A DNA stretch of 64,000 nt from the human T2T-CHM13v2.0 reference genome, Homo sapiens (GCF_009914755.1 NC_060931.1); one strand, 5' to 3'; shown: positions 46,122 to 60,449, counted from the stretch's first letter. Program-made: numbers and translations. Notes: generated by a model not told the origin, from the letters alone.

Positions 46122-47759
46122 CAAAGAGAGGTGTGTAGGCACTTTACTAGCTCCACCTTCTCTGACATTCTTTTCTGCCCAGCAAGGTTAGTGATGCCCC
46201 AGACTCTGACACAGCAGCTAAGCGCTTGCTGTTCCAAAGAGGCCCTGATGACATTTCAGAAAGTGTAACTTACCTTTGGATAATTCTGCGTGCTTTCTGT
46301 GAACATGGAGGCACACACCTCCTGCTGCTTTCCTCATTTTAACTAGATTTAAATTTCATAACACTTTTACAGCCCTCCAGGTTTTCATTTCTGCTTCTTT
46401 GTTCTCTGTTTTGGTTTTAAGTTGGTTTCAAAGAACGGGGCAGAAATGTCTTTACTCTGCCATCTTTAATTGGTTCCTGTACTCTTTAATACATTTTAAA
46501 ATTAAAGCCAGAGAAAGAATAATTAAACTTCCATGCTGCAACCCATAGAAGTTCCAATTTCTTGTGTATACAGACTCTCTCTCTCTGCATTTTTAAGAAG
46601 TTCCATACACTTTTAGGAAGACTTACTGTCTTCTCCACCAACCTGAGACACGTACCCCTACAAGGGTACATGAAATTCTACTCAACATTCTGTGAGTTCA
46701 CACCAAAGATTCATAAGGCTACACATTGTTCCTTCTATCATTTTCTAAAAGGATTTTCTTCTCATATTTTCTTGTATGGTTATAAATAACATGTTCCTGT
46801 TCACAGTTTGTATTTAGAACATTTGCTAGGCATTTTGTTTTCAATCATAATCCTTAGAGCCTTGAAACAAACAAATCACATATACTGTATAGAATGATAT
46901 CTGCTTGGTATTTCTGCCTTAGGAAATAATGTTCATTTTTGAGGCTTCATTTTAATGTACAGCAGAATTTAGTGATATCACAATCCCCTACACAGTTCTA
47001 GTAAAACTAAATGAAACAGTGTGAAGCTCCTAGCTTTATCTGAACTCCCATGTCTGAAATCTGTCATTTGTTGGTGTTTAGTTTGCCTGGAATGTTTGTT
47101 TACCTACTGCCTGTTGACTAGCTTCCAAATCCTCTTGATGAGTTGATTTCATAACAGCTGAAAATAACATTGCATTCCTCACCTGTAACAGGTGGTCCCC
47201 AAGTGGCTGTCCATCTTCCCTTGTGTTCTCTGCTGTGAACTGTAAATCATGTCAAGAAACGACAACCCATTAGATGACATGATCTACCATCACTGCGAGG
47301 AGCCACCCGTCACAACATGCACACACTTTATCCGTCCTATGCGCAAATAATAAATTTGGTCAAAAGATTGCCATTTCATGTTCTGGAAAACATGAACTTA
47401 TGTGAGCTTATACATAAAATATTTTAATCTATAATCTCATGTATATGTCATTATGTCATATTTCCCAGAATTCAGCTGCTAAAAATAACATTAAAGAAGT
47501 AGTTCATGTCAGGTAAGATGAGAATGCCCCATAAATACTGATTCTGAACCTCTAGCAGCCATACATATGTTAATTCATTATTCCACAAATATTTTGTGCA
47601 CATATTCTGTGCCAAGCACTGTGCTAGGTCCGAAGAATACCAAAATTAATCATTACAAACTCAGAGTCCAAAGAAAAAGGCAGACTCACAAATAAACAGC
47701 TGTAAAAATGTGTGTTGCTCTATTTGGAGGTATTACGTAGACATTAGGGAGAGAGCACC

Positions 47760-50051
47760 TGTATTAGTCCATTTTCACACTGCTGATAAAGACATATCCG
47801 AGACTGGGCAATTTACAAAAGAAAGAGGTTTATTGGACTCACAGTGCCACGTGGCTGAGGAGGCCTCACCATCATGGCAGAAGGTAAAAGGCAAGGAGAA
47901 GCAAGTCACATCTTAACATGAATAGCGGCAGGCAAAAGAGCTTGTGCGGGGAACCTCCACCTTATAAAGCCATCAGATCTTGGGAGACTTATTTACTATC
48001 ACGATAATAGCACAGGAAAGTCCTGCCCCCATGATTCAATTACCTACCACCAGGTCCCTCCCACAACTTGTGGGAATTCAAGATAAGATTTGGGTGGGGA
48101 CACAGCCAAACCACATCATTCTGCCCCAGCCCCTCCCAAATCTTATGTCCTCACACTTAAAAACCAGTCATGCCTTCCCAATGGTCCCCCTAAGTCTTAA
48201 CTCATTTCAGCATTAACTCAAAAGTCCACAGTCCAAAGTCTCGTTCGAGACAAGGCAAGTTCCTTCCACCTATGAGCCTGTGAAATCAAAAGCAGGTTAG
48301 TTACTTCCTAGATACAGCAGTGGTACAAGCATTGGGTAAATACAGCCATTCCAATAGGGAGAAATTGGCCAAAACAAAAGGGCTACGGACCCCATGCAAA
48401 TCTGAAACCCAGCAGGACAGTCAAATCTTAAAGCTCCAAAATGATCTCCTTTGATCCCATGTCTTGCATCCAGGTCAGGCTGATGCAAGATGTGGGTTCC
48501 CATGGTCTTGGGCAGCTCTGCCCCTGAGGCTGTGCAGGATGCAGCCTCCCCTCCCTGCTGGCTGCTTTCATGGGCTGCCATTGAGTGTTTGTGGCTTTTC
48601 CTGGTCCACAGTGCAAGCTGTCAGTGGATCTCCCACTCTGGGGTCTGGAGGATGGTGGCCCTCTTCTCATAGCTCCACGAGGTGGTGCCCCAGTAGGGAC
48701 TCTGTGTGGGGGCTCCAACCCCACATTTACTTTCTGCATTGCCCTAGTAGAGGTTTTCCATGAGAGGCCTGCCCCTGCAGCAAACTTTTGCCTGGACATC
48801 CAGGCATTTCCATATAGCCTCTGAAATCTAGGCAGAGGTTCCCAAACCCCAATTCTTAACGTCTGTGCACCACCAGGCTCAACATCAGGTAAAAGCTGCC
48901 AAGGCTTGAGGCTTGCACCCTCTGCAGCCATGGCCTGAGCTCTACATTGACACCTTTCAGCCATGGCTGGAGCAGCTGGGATGCAAGACACCAAGTCCCT
49001 AGGCTGCACACAGCATGGAGACCCCAGATTCGACCCACTAAACCATTTTTCCTCCTAGACCTCCTGGCCTGTGATGGGAGGGGCTGCTGTGAAGACCTCT
49101 GACATGCCCTGGAGACAGTTTCCCCATTGTCTTAGAGATTAACATTTGGCTACTTGTTACACAAATTTCTGCAGCTGGCTTGGATTTCTCCTCAGAAAAT
49201 GGGATTTTCTTTTCTATCACATTGTCAGGCTGCAAATTTTCCAAACTTTTATTCTCTACTTCCCTTATAAAACTGAATGCCTTTAACAACACCCAAGTCA
49301 CCTCTTGAATGCTTTGCTGCTTAAAAATTTTTTCTACCAGATATCCTAAATCATCTCTAGCAAGTTCAAAGTTCCACAAATCTCTAGGGCAGCAACAAAA
49401 TGCTGCCAGTCTCTTTGCTAAAACATAACAAGAATCACCTTTGCTCCAGTTCCCAACAAGTTCATTTCCATCTGAGACCAACTCAGCCTGGACTTTATTG
49501 TCCATATCATTATCAGCATTTTGGTCAAAGCCATTCAAGAAGTCTCTAGGAAGTTTCAAACTTTCCCACATTTTCCTGTCTTCTGAGTCCTCCAAACGGT
49601 TCCATCCAATCTCTTCCTGTTACCCAGTTCCAAAGTCACTTCCACATTTTTGGGTATCTTTTCAGCAGTGCCACACTTCCCATACCAATTCACTGTATTA
49701 GCCCATTTTCACACTGCTGATAAAGACACACCTGAGACTCAGCAATTTGCAAAAGAAAGAGGTATTGGACTTACAGTTGAACATGGCTGGGGAGGCCTCA
49801 TAATCATGGCAGAAGGTGAAAGGCAAGAAGGAGCAAGTCACAATCTTACATGGAGGGGGTCAGGCAAAAAAAGCTTGTGCAGGGAAACTCCACCTTATAA
49901 AGCCATCAGATCTTGTGAGACTTATTCACTATCCTAAAAACAGCATGAGAAAGCCCTGCCCCCATGATTCAGTTACCTACCACCAGGTCACTCCCACAAC
50001 ATCTGGGAATTCAAGATGAGATTTGTGTGAGAACACAGCCAAACCCTATCA
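47760..50051 (-). mobile_element. Complete THE1B-like MaLR provirus: 3' LTR 47760-48118, internal 48119-49693, 5' LTR 49694-50051; inserted in an antisense L2
   Basis: Two ~358-bp direct LTRs sharing variants ('gaaggtRaaaggcaag', 'ctccaccttataaagccatc', 'ttacctaccacc'); ~1.58-kb internal region with remnant ORFs 49038-49595 and 48428-49009; degenerate TSD gcacc/gcttc. Confidence 0.95.
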
Positions 50052-50153
50052 GCTTCATTCTGGGGTCAGGTGGTAGGGACAACACAAACACCAAGATAAG
50101 TTCCTTTGGAGATATGGCATGAGCTGAGGCTTATAGGATGAATAAGAAGTATG

Positions 50154-50243
50154 CTTGGTAAAAGAGTTCAGGCAGGAAGGCATTGGGGAGTGGCATTTCT
50201 TGGTAAAGGAGTTCAGGCAGGAACACATTGGGGAGTGGCATTT
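50154..50243. repeat. 45-bp tandem duplication (2 copies, 3 mismatches)
   Basis: cttggtaaaRgagttcaggcaggaaNNcattggggagtggcattt x2. Confidence 0.95.
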
Positions 50244-50489
50244 ATTGTATAGGGGAAGGAGCAAAGGTATAGAGTTGAGAAGGAGGTTAGAACACGCAAG
50301 GAACTACGAGCAATACTACAGGAGTTTACTTAGTGATGCTGGGGCCAGTGAGATATGTGGAGCAGTAAGCAAAAGGCAAGGTTGAGGAGCACTCCAGGAA
50401 CAGTACGTAGGAAGCCAGGCTGGATCCTGTGGTCAGGAGCTTCTGAAGAGCTTGCTGTTGTGGATATTTGCTTGCACTTAAATAACTTT

Positions 50490-50852
50490 TGTATTAGTCT
50501 GTTTTCACACTACTGATAAAGACACACCCAACACTGGGTAATTTATAAAGAAAAAGAGGTTGAATGGACTCACAGGTCCACATGGCTGTGGGGGGCCTCA
50601 CAATCATGGTGGAAGGTGAAAGCCATGTCTTACATGGTGGCAGGCAAGAGAGGATGAGCGCCAAGCAAAAGGAGAAACCCCCTATAAAACCATCAGATTT
50701 CATGAGACTTTTTCACTACCATATGAACAGTATGGGGGACACCGCCCCCATGATTCAATTATCTCCCACCAGGTCCCTCCCACAATACATGGGAATTATG
50801 GGAGCTAAAATTCAAGATGATATTTGGGTGGGGACACAGACAAATTATATAA
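50490..50852 (-). mobile_element. THE1 solo LTR inserted at the 3' end of an L1MB
   Basis: 'tgtattagtctgttttcacact...tgattcaattatctcccaccaggtccctcccac...gggtggggacacag'; TSD acttt/gcttt. Confidence 0.92.
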
Positions 50853-51500
50853 GCTTTATTGAGGTTTAATTTACATCTTAAGATTCATTTAGGTGAACAA
50901 TTCAATGATTACTATTAAATTGACAGAGTTGTACAATCCTTAACACAATACAGGTTTTAGAATATTTCCATCATTCCAGAATATCCCTCATAGCCATTTA
51001 TAGTCACTACTGACTCCTACCTCCAAGAACCAGGCAAATGCTCATCTGCTTTCTATGTCTATAGATTTGTCATTTCTGGACATTTCACATAAATGGAATC
51101 ATAGAATATGTAGTCATTTGCATCTGGTTTGTTTCATCAGGCATCAGGTTTTTTTAGATTTACCCACGCTGCAGTATGTATCCATAGCATATTTGTTTGT
51201 ATTGTAAAATAGTATTCCATGGTATGGATATAACATCATTGGCTTATCTTTTCACCAATTGATGCGCGTTCAGATTGTTTCTATTTTTTGGTTAATATGA
51301 CTAATGCTGCCACAAGCATTCACATGCAAGTCTTTACACAGACATGTTTTCATTTCTCTTGGGTAGATATTTAGGGATAGAATTCTTGGGTCATATGGTA
51401 AATTTATGCTTACCTGCTTAAGAAATTGTCAAGCTATTGTGAAAAGCAGCTGCATGATTTTACAATCCCATCAACAATGTCTAGGGTTCTAGTTTCTCCT
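50853..51500 (-). mobile_element. L1MB-like 3' end
   Basis: 'gctttattgaggtttaatttacat', 'ttctggacatttcacataaatggaatcatagaatatgtag'. Confidence 0.8.
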
Positions 51501-52822
51501 AAGGAGTTTTAACGAGACGGATAATATGGCTAGATTTGTGCTTTAGGTAAATCAATCTGATAGCTACTAAAAATGAGACTGAAAATAATGAGCCTGTTTA
51601 GGAAGATGTTACAATAATCTAGGTGAGATCTCTACTACGATTCCCAACTAGACCATTGGAGGAGAAGATTATCTCAGAAGAAGAACAATGCTGCTGAATA
51701 AGAACAGGTGATTTGCTTCCATCAGTTGCTCAGCCTTGGGAACGTGACTTACCGTGGTGTGAGGACAAAGCAGGTACCTGCCCGCCAGCCAGATTAGCTG
51801 AGGAAAATACACTTCAGGTATGTAAGCTTATGCCTTCACATCTGAAATGTCCTGTACTAACATATACACCCTCAAACTTTCCAACACTTATACTATCACT
51901 GTGTCATTTTTTCCTGGTTCACCAACTGCATACTGGACACAGTGCTGCACATGCTATTGGGTATTTTTCCTACTTTAGAGATTATGTTCATTTGGTTCTA
52001 AGGATAATTGCAAGAATATTGTTGTGCTATAAGTAAATAAATGCTATGTATTTATAAATTATGTGTTAAAATTATACTATTTCTATTGTTAGCACACACA
52101 GTATTAAGTCATGTGGCCCAAATCTCATATTTCATAGCATATTATGGTTTTATTAGGATACAGTAAATTAATATTTCAGTGAGAAAGTATTTGGAAGTAC
52201 CCATAAGCCTTATCAACAGCTCATCCCAATGTTTCCCTTCAAACAGCCACGTGGAATTTGTGTAAATGAGTCTAAATGAATGATAAGGACAATATGATGT
52301 TTGAGTTAAAATATCTTTTGAAACTGAAAATGAGCAGCTAGCCAAAAAAAATCTGTCACTTTAAAAAGATCAGGAAAAAGTCTTAATTCTGCCATTGTGC
52401 AATGTATAGCATGTAACTAAGAACAATATCTAAGGACAACAAATATAAATATTGAAGGAAGTTGAGTAATATTTAATTAGATTATACTATATTTGGTCTA
52501 GGAATAATAAACCTGTAAAATTATCTACACTATGAAACTAAGCTCTGTATTATAACATATAAATGAGTTCTCTGATCTTTTAAAATATGTATTTCTAACA
52601 ACCTTGTAAATGATTAATATTTCAAAATACTGCTACTACTGCTGCTACTACTAGTAATAACAACAATTTTGAATAGCCTTGAATGTCTTAAAAGTTGTAA
52701 AATATAATTTTATTCATGATGATTAAGTTCCATGTGAATAAGAGAAATAAAATGACTACAAATATTTAACCAAAAATAAAAGAACAGAGGGTTTGCCAAA
52801 AGAGACCAATTTACTTATTAAA

Positions 52823-53005
52823 TAGAATGACCATACATTACAGTTTCCTGGAATGAAACACTTTTATAACTATTGTCCTGATGGCCAATCCAGTTTAGCA
52901 TTTTGTCCTTGATTGCTTTACCTTTCAACAAAGTATTATTATCAATGTTATGATTATTGTTATCATTAATGAAAATAAGCCAGATGGACTTTTACAACCT
53001 CTACT
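52823..53005. mobile_element. hAT-Blackjack-like fragment
   Basis: 'tagaatgaccatac...tttataactattgtcctga...ccagtttagcattttgtcc' resembles the Blackjack/MER81 terminus. Confidence 0.5.
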
Positions 53006-53136
53006 TCATACTCCCAATCTTTGTTATAATCATGTCTAAGTAGCACGAGACAAATTCAGGGAATGCAGTTCTCACCTTAAATGGGAGTTAATCTTAAAGA
53101 AGACCAGCAGTAATAACCTATCTCTTCCCATTTCAG

Positions 53137-53295
53137 ACTCAACGTAACCAATACCTGCCTTTCAAGGAAAACTCATATGGGGCTCACTGATGAAACAAAG
53201 CGAGTTTGCAAAAAAAGATTTGACATAGTCAATTCTTTGTACTCTGCAGTGATGGCAGCTGCCTTAGTGGAAAATGTGGGAAATTACAGATTGGG
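53137..53295 (+). other. Candidate internal exon (159 nt, frame-preserving)
   Basis: Branch-like taataac, polypyrimidine tctcttcccatttcAG, donor GGG|GTAGGT; one frame open throughout; peptide not recognised. Confidence 0.25.
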
Positions 53296-54114
53296 GTAGG
53301 TGAATTGAAGATAAAATTATTTATTTTTGTTGTTATAAATACAAATTTTGATATAATATAGCATCATGTGTAAAACAATTTTCCTAACTTAAGAAATATG
53401 TGGAACAGAAATATTTGAAATGTGGTGGTGTACAAGGAAGTGAGCTTGAAGAAAAGAGGGTCCCAAAAATTCACATTTTACACCAAGAGAAATAAAACCG
53501 TAGTAGTCACAATTTATGAATATTTTTACACTTGTATATATATACTTGTGTATTTGTGTGTATACGTATTTGCAACTGAATTATAAACTTTAATGATTAA
53601 GCTGATTTGAAATAATTTTAGGAAATACTTTAGTATGGCAATACATACTTGGTCTTTTTGTTGCCCATAATCAATTAGATTTGAGAAATAATTAACCTTT
53701 GAATAACCTCTTTGCAAATTTACTTAGTTATCCTAGCAAAGTATTAAATATTTTGTAAATGAGTCCTGACATTTCTGATTGTATGTTTTTCAAAATTGTT
53801 GGAAATCTTTAAACAAAATCCTGGAGCATCCAAATTTCAACTACTAAAGATTATAATTTTTTGAGCACCCATATTTCAAATATGAAAGCTTTTGGCAAAT
53901 TACATTTATTGAAAATAAAGCTTTCATACAGGAAGATATTGATAGCTCTTAAAAAGCAAGGGATACATTGAATTGATTAGATGATAAGTGGGCAAATGGT
54001 ATGGAGGATGTAATTTTAAAATTCTCTAAGAGCATATTGAAATGTATTAACTTTTAGGAAGAATTTTGATGAGCCCCTATTTTTCAGTAAATTTCTTTTT
54101 AAACTTGTATTACA

Positions 54115-54740
54115 TTTTATTTTGTCTCTATTTTTTGTTATTATTATTATACTTTAAAGTTCTGGGGTACATGTGCAGAATGTTCAGGTTTGTTACATAG
54201 GTATACATGTGCCATAGTGGTTTGCTGCACCCATCAACCCATCATTTACATTAGGTATTTCTCCTAATGCTATCCCTCCCCTAGCCTCCCACCCACCAAC
54301 AGGCCCAGGTGTGTGATATTTCCCTCCCTGTGTCCATGTGTTCTCATTGCTCAACTCCCACTTATGAGTGAGAACATGCGGTGTTTGGTTTTCTGTTCTT
54401 GTGATAATTTGCTGAGAATGACAGTGTCCAGCGTCATCCATGTTCCTGCAAAATACATGAACTCATCCTTTTCTATGGCTGCATAGTATTCCATGGTGTA
54501 TATTGCCACATTTTCTTTATCCAGTCTATCATTGATGGGCATTTGGGTTACCTCCAAGTCTTTGCTATTGTGAACAGTGCTGCAATAAACATACATGTGC
54601 ATGTGTCTTTATAGCAGCATGATTTATAATCCTTTGGGTAAATACCCAGTAATGGGATTGCTGGGTCAAATGGTATTTCCAGTTCTAGATCCTTGAGGAA
54701 TCACCACAGTGTTTTCCACAATGGTTGAACTAATTTATAT
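54115..54740 (-). mobile_element. L1PA7-like 5'-truncated LINE-1
   Basis: 'gttctggggtacatgtgcagaa...ggtggtttgctgcacccatcaacc...ctaatgctatccctcccctagc'-type 3' end; ORF 54351-54602 contains the ORF2p C-terminus (YTMEYYAAI...[22 protein letters not shown]). Confidence 0.92.
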
Positions 54741-55233
54741 TATGTACCATTATAGAATGAAAATGAAGTCAATGATTTGATGGTAAAGAGCTGCATATAA
54801 TATGACTAATACTAAAATAATAAATAATTTTATAAGAACTGAGGTATAGGCCCACCAGCATAATCAATCTAATTATAACTATTTCAAAAATTCTATTATT
54901 CTAATTATTCAACTATCTGCATTTACTATCAAAAATGCTTCAGCTTGAGAATAAATGATATGATCATCCCAGTTTTGATCAAGTAACTATTGGTGGACAC
55001 TTTTGTGCAACTAGATCCTAAAATAATAAAAGCCTCTTTTCTTCATCATGATAGAAATAAAAATTCCTCTTTCCAAGTGTCTCTTTATGCTCATCCTACA
55101 GGAAATTCAATTAAAGATATTATACAATACTGGATGTTAAGGCTCTCAATCAAATGTTGCCATTTATTTCATTAAATTGTCTTCGTAACAGGCTAATTAA
55201 ATTATTGCCCAGTTTAGAATGTAATTTCTATAG

Positions 55234-55628
<395 letters not shown>

Positions 55629-56149
55629 AACAGCTATATTTTTATACTTGAAAATTGTTTCTGCATGTTGAAGATTACAGATTTGCAAATGTTCTGGCAA
55701 GTGTGAGCCTCTTTGAAAGTAGATCATATCCTTAAATGAATAGCAAATAAATCACAGCCACAAAATTGCGTATATTGCATTTTGCAACTGATAGCCTCTT
55801 AGCTGCTCAGACTGTTATTTAAATAAAATGAATAATTAGAGCAGAAAACTGAAGAGAAGGTGTTATTTTTATCTCTGTACTCAATAGAATGTTTTCAAGA
55901 CAAAAATTAGTAAGGAGCATGCTTGCTCAATTTCTTTAACTTTAAATCAATGTTTACTCTCTGAACACTTATATTGTAAATGTTAAGTAGAGGCTTAGAA
56001 ACTGATAATACTAATAATAAAAAATGAAAAATTGAGTAGGCTATCCAGTTATTTGCCAATGTTTAAAAGCTATTTGGCATATTATTGGCACAATTTAGCT
56101 GACATAACTCAGGTGCTTAATTTCATTAATTTCAAGATAGTCAAAACAT

Positions 56150-57300
<1,151 letters not shown>

Positions 57301-57485
57301 ACAAAAAAATTAGTCCAAATTTTGTTTAAAATGTTAAGAGCAGCATAAGTTTTGTAGGACTTTAAAGTAAGAAAGTAAATTAAGGTTTTTCATAAGATAG
57401 CAATTAACTGGTCATTTTAATCTAACCAGTAAATTTGAATTAATTTGCTGCTAATGGGTTTGCTTTAGTTTAAAAGTATATGGAG

Positions 57486-57863
57486 TGCCTTAGACTCTTC
57501 AGGCTACTATAATAATATACCATAAACTGGGTAGTTTATACACAACAGAAATTTATTTCTCACAGGTCTGGAGGCTGAAAAATCCAAAAACAAGGCTCTG
57601 GAAGATTCTGTGTCTGATAAGGGCCCACTTTCTCATTCATAGATGGAGCCTTCTCACTGTGTCTTCACATGGTGAAAGGGATGAAGGTGCTCTCTTAGGC
57701 CGCATTTATAAGGACACTACTCTCATGACCTAATCCCATTTATGAGGGCTCTATCATCATGACCTAATTCGCTCCCAAAGATACCACCTCCTGATTCGAT
57801 TATCTTCATGGTTAAGATTTCAACACATGAACTTGGAGGAACACAAACATTCAGATCATAGCA
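57486..57863 (-). mobile_element. MLT1A-like solo LTR
   Basis: 'aacagaaatttatttctcacaggtctggaggctg', 'ttcaacacatgaacttggaggaacacaaacattcagatcatagca'; TSD tggag/tggac. Confidence 0.88.
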
Positions 57864-58344
57864 TGGACTATTTGTTATTAGTATTATTATTATTTCTTAA
57901 TTACAAGTTTAATTAAAGGAACCAATAGCTAGGGAATACAGCCAAGTTTGTTTACAAGTATGAAGAACCACCAGTGCTACAATCACAAAAAATAATCTAT
58001 GAAACCACTGTTGAAAATATTTTTATGTTATATTGTAAAAATCACTGAATTTATACCAGTGTTTATGGCAATATTTGCCCAATTTACAATCGGAATTATG
58101 TTGGTACTTTTTTATATGTCAAAGAGAATATAAAAGTCGCTTTGTCCTTATAAAATATAATCGGTAGATTAAATTTTAAGCTCACTGAAGTACAAATAAG
58201 CTATCTAGATAGTATAAAAAACTAGTTAGAAAAAAATTTCAAACAAACTGTTGGTTTGAGTTTTTTTCTTCACAGTATATAAACATTTAAATAAAAAACT
58301 TTAAAATAAACTTCACACCCAGTTTTCTCATGTTTAAGAAAGTC

Positions 58345-58600
58345 AGTACAAAGTAGTAGTTAATAAAGCTGGATAAGAAGCAGATTACCTGGAACTAAGT
58401 TCTGCTCTGGCACTTATAAATTGTATTATTTAGGGCAAGTTATTTAACTTCTCTGTTCTTCAGTATCCTCATCACCAAACTGGGAATAATAATTGTATCT
58501 ACATTAAGGGATTATTTTAAAGATACAAAGAGCTAATAAAATGTAAAGCACATAAAAGAGTACCCAGGACACAGTAAGAGCTTAATCAATACTAACCTTA
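58345..58600 (+). mobile_element. MIR SINE
   Basis: 'gggcaagttatttaacttctctgttcttcagtatcctcatc', 'atgtaaagcaca', 'gacacagtaagagcttaa'. Confidence 0.8.
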
Positions 58601-58669
58601 ATTATTGTGCCCTCAGTCTACACTCATACTTTTCACAGCAAATCTTGAGTGAATAGTATTTACTTTTTT

Positions 58670-59175
58670 TCATTCATTTCAGAAGCATTTGTTGAGTACC
58701 TAACAATATTTGTAATTTTGAAGGCAAATGTTGGATAAGCCCTGGTGGGGAAAAAAGACAAATGTAACCTATTCTGACCTCAAATAATGCATGGCTTCAT
58801 GATAGAGAGAAGGATCCTATAAAAAAAAACAAACAAACCAAAAAAGTTTTGGAAGTACAGAAATGTACTGGCTGCAGAGGAGCAGGCAAGACATAGAATC
58901 TAGGCAGGGGGTTGGGATTAGGAAGGGCTAGTCTCTGGGAAAATCATTCATGCTCTGGGGTTCAAACAATGCATTGAATTGTCTTGAAAAATAAAGTGAA
59001 ATAGATATACGGGGGAAAAATAATCCACACAGGCACAGATGCAAAAGAGATTGTGATGCATTTGAGGAAATGGAAGAAAACTGATTTGGCTAAGTTCAGG
59101 ATACAGGTGGGAAAGAGAATTGTGAAAATTGTGGCTGTATAACTAAGGAGAGGTCAGATTATGAAGAGCCTTCAA
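58670..59175 (-). mobile_element. L2 3' region
   Basis: 'ttcattcatttcagaagcatttgttgagtacct', 'ggtcagattatgaagagcctt'. Confidence 0.65.
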
Positions 59176-59176
59176 G

Positions 59177-59308
59177 TAGAGTAAACGTATAATTTATTGT
59201 TGTACCAAACTATCTTTGCAAGTGAGGGGGAGAATACTAATTATTTTACCCAGAACACAAGCATAAAACAAAAATCTCCATAGTGACTTGGAATGTATAG
59301 TACTTCTA
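59177..59308 (+). mobile_element. MER81 (hAT-Blackjack MITE)
   Basis: 'tagagtaaacgtataatttattgt...agtgagggggagaatactaattatt...gtatagtacttcta' follows the MER81 layout. Confidence 0.6.
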
Positions 59309-59350
59309 GGCCATGGTTACTTTCATCTATGCATCTATGTTCTCTCCATC

Positions 59351-59652
59351 TTTTTTTTTTGTCTTTTTTTGAGACAGAATCTTACTCTGTTGCCGAGGCT
59401 GGAGTGCAGTGGTAAGATCACAGCTGACTGCAACCTTGACCTTCTGGACTCAAGCAATTCTCCCACCTCAGCCTTGCAAGTAGCTGGGACTACAGGCACA
59501 TGCTGCGACACCTAGATATGCATTTAATTTTTTGTAGATATGGGGACTCACCATATTGCACAGGTTGTTCTTGAACCCCTGTGCTCAAGTGATCCTCCTG
59601 TCTCAGCCTCCCAAAGTGGTGGTGTTACAGGCATGAGCTACAGTGCCCATTG
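59351..59652 (-). mobile_element. AluJ (Jo-like)
   Basis: 'gatcacagctgactgcaaccttgacc', 'ctcaagtgatcctcctgtctcagcc'; heavily diverged. Confidence 0.92.
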
Positions 59653-60039
59653 GCATCATTTTACCTTTACCTTGGGTACATGTATGTGTTGCATAAGGGA
59701 GCAGGGAGCACAGGGAGAGGAGAATCTCACAGGCAAGGGGGTTCTGGTACCAGATAAAGGAGATAGATACAAAGATAAGCCAAACCACAAATGCTTATTC
59801 AGCATTCTTCCTGAACTATCTTTCCTCCCCTGAAACTCCTTTTTCTTTGTTTTCTTCTTGTGTCTTTGATTACTTTTTTCAATTTCCTCCATGGGGTTCT
59901 CTTTTTTAATACGAATTTTTTTCTTTGCTTATTTTCTTTTCTCTAACTGTATGTAGAGAGATATGAAGGCAAACATAACCCTCCCTACAGTGTCAATTTC
60001 AATCTTATTTTAATGGTTCCTGAATGTTTCTCTTGGTAC

Positions 60040-60190
60040 TGAAACCAGCCCAACTTCCTCACAGAACTGATGTTTATAGTTTTTAGATAAACATAAAAAT
60101 TGACTCAACCAATCTTAAAATGTAAAACTTAAATTTGCCTTATCTGAGTTCCTTTCTCAGGAAACCCACTCTCAGGACTCCCAAATAATC
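60040..60190 (+). mobile_element. ERV1 LTR fragment (MER39/MER34-like)
   Basis: 'tgaaaccagcccaa...agaactgatgtttat...cttatctgagttcctttctcaggaaacc'. Confidence 0.65.
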
Positions 60191-60449
60191 CATAAGTATC
60201 TCTGAGTGACTTTTAGGTGCCCAGTAACTATAGCCTTTTTCACAAATCAGGGTCTCATATCTAATGCTGGGTCCAGTAAGAGACTTTAAACTTCATCTTA
60301 GGCCCTCCAATATGACTATAATATTTGCATGTCACTAAAATATTGTGGTGTTAGGAAGGAAGAAGGACAAGAGAAAAATTCAAAGAAGGAACTTGAAAAC
60401 ATTTTTAAAGTTCTATGTAAGGAATTCCACAAAAACACCTTTTATATTT

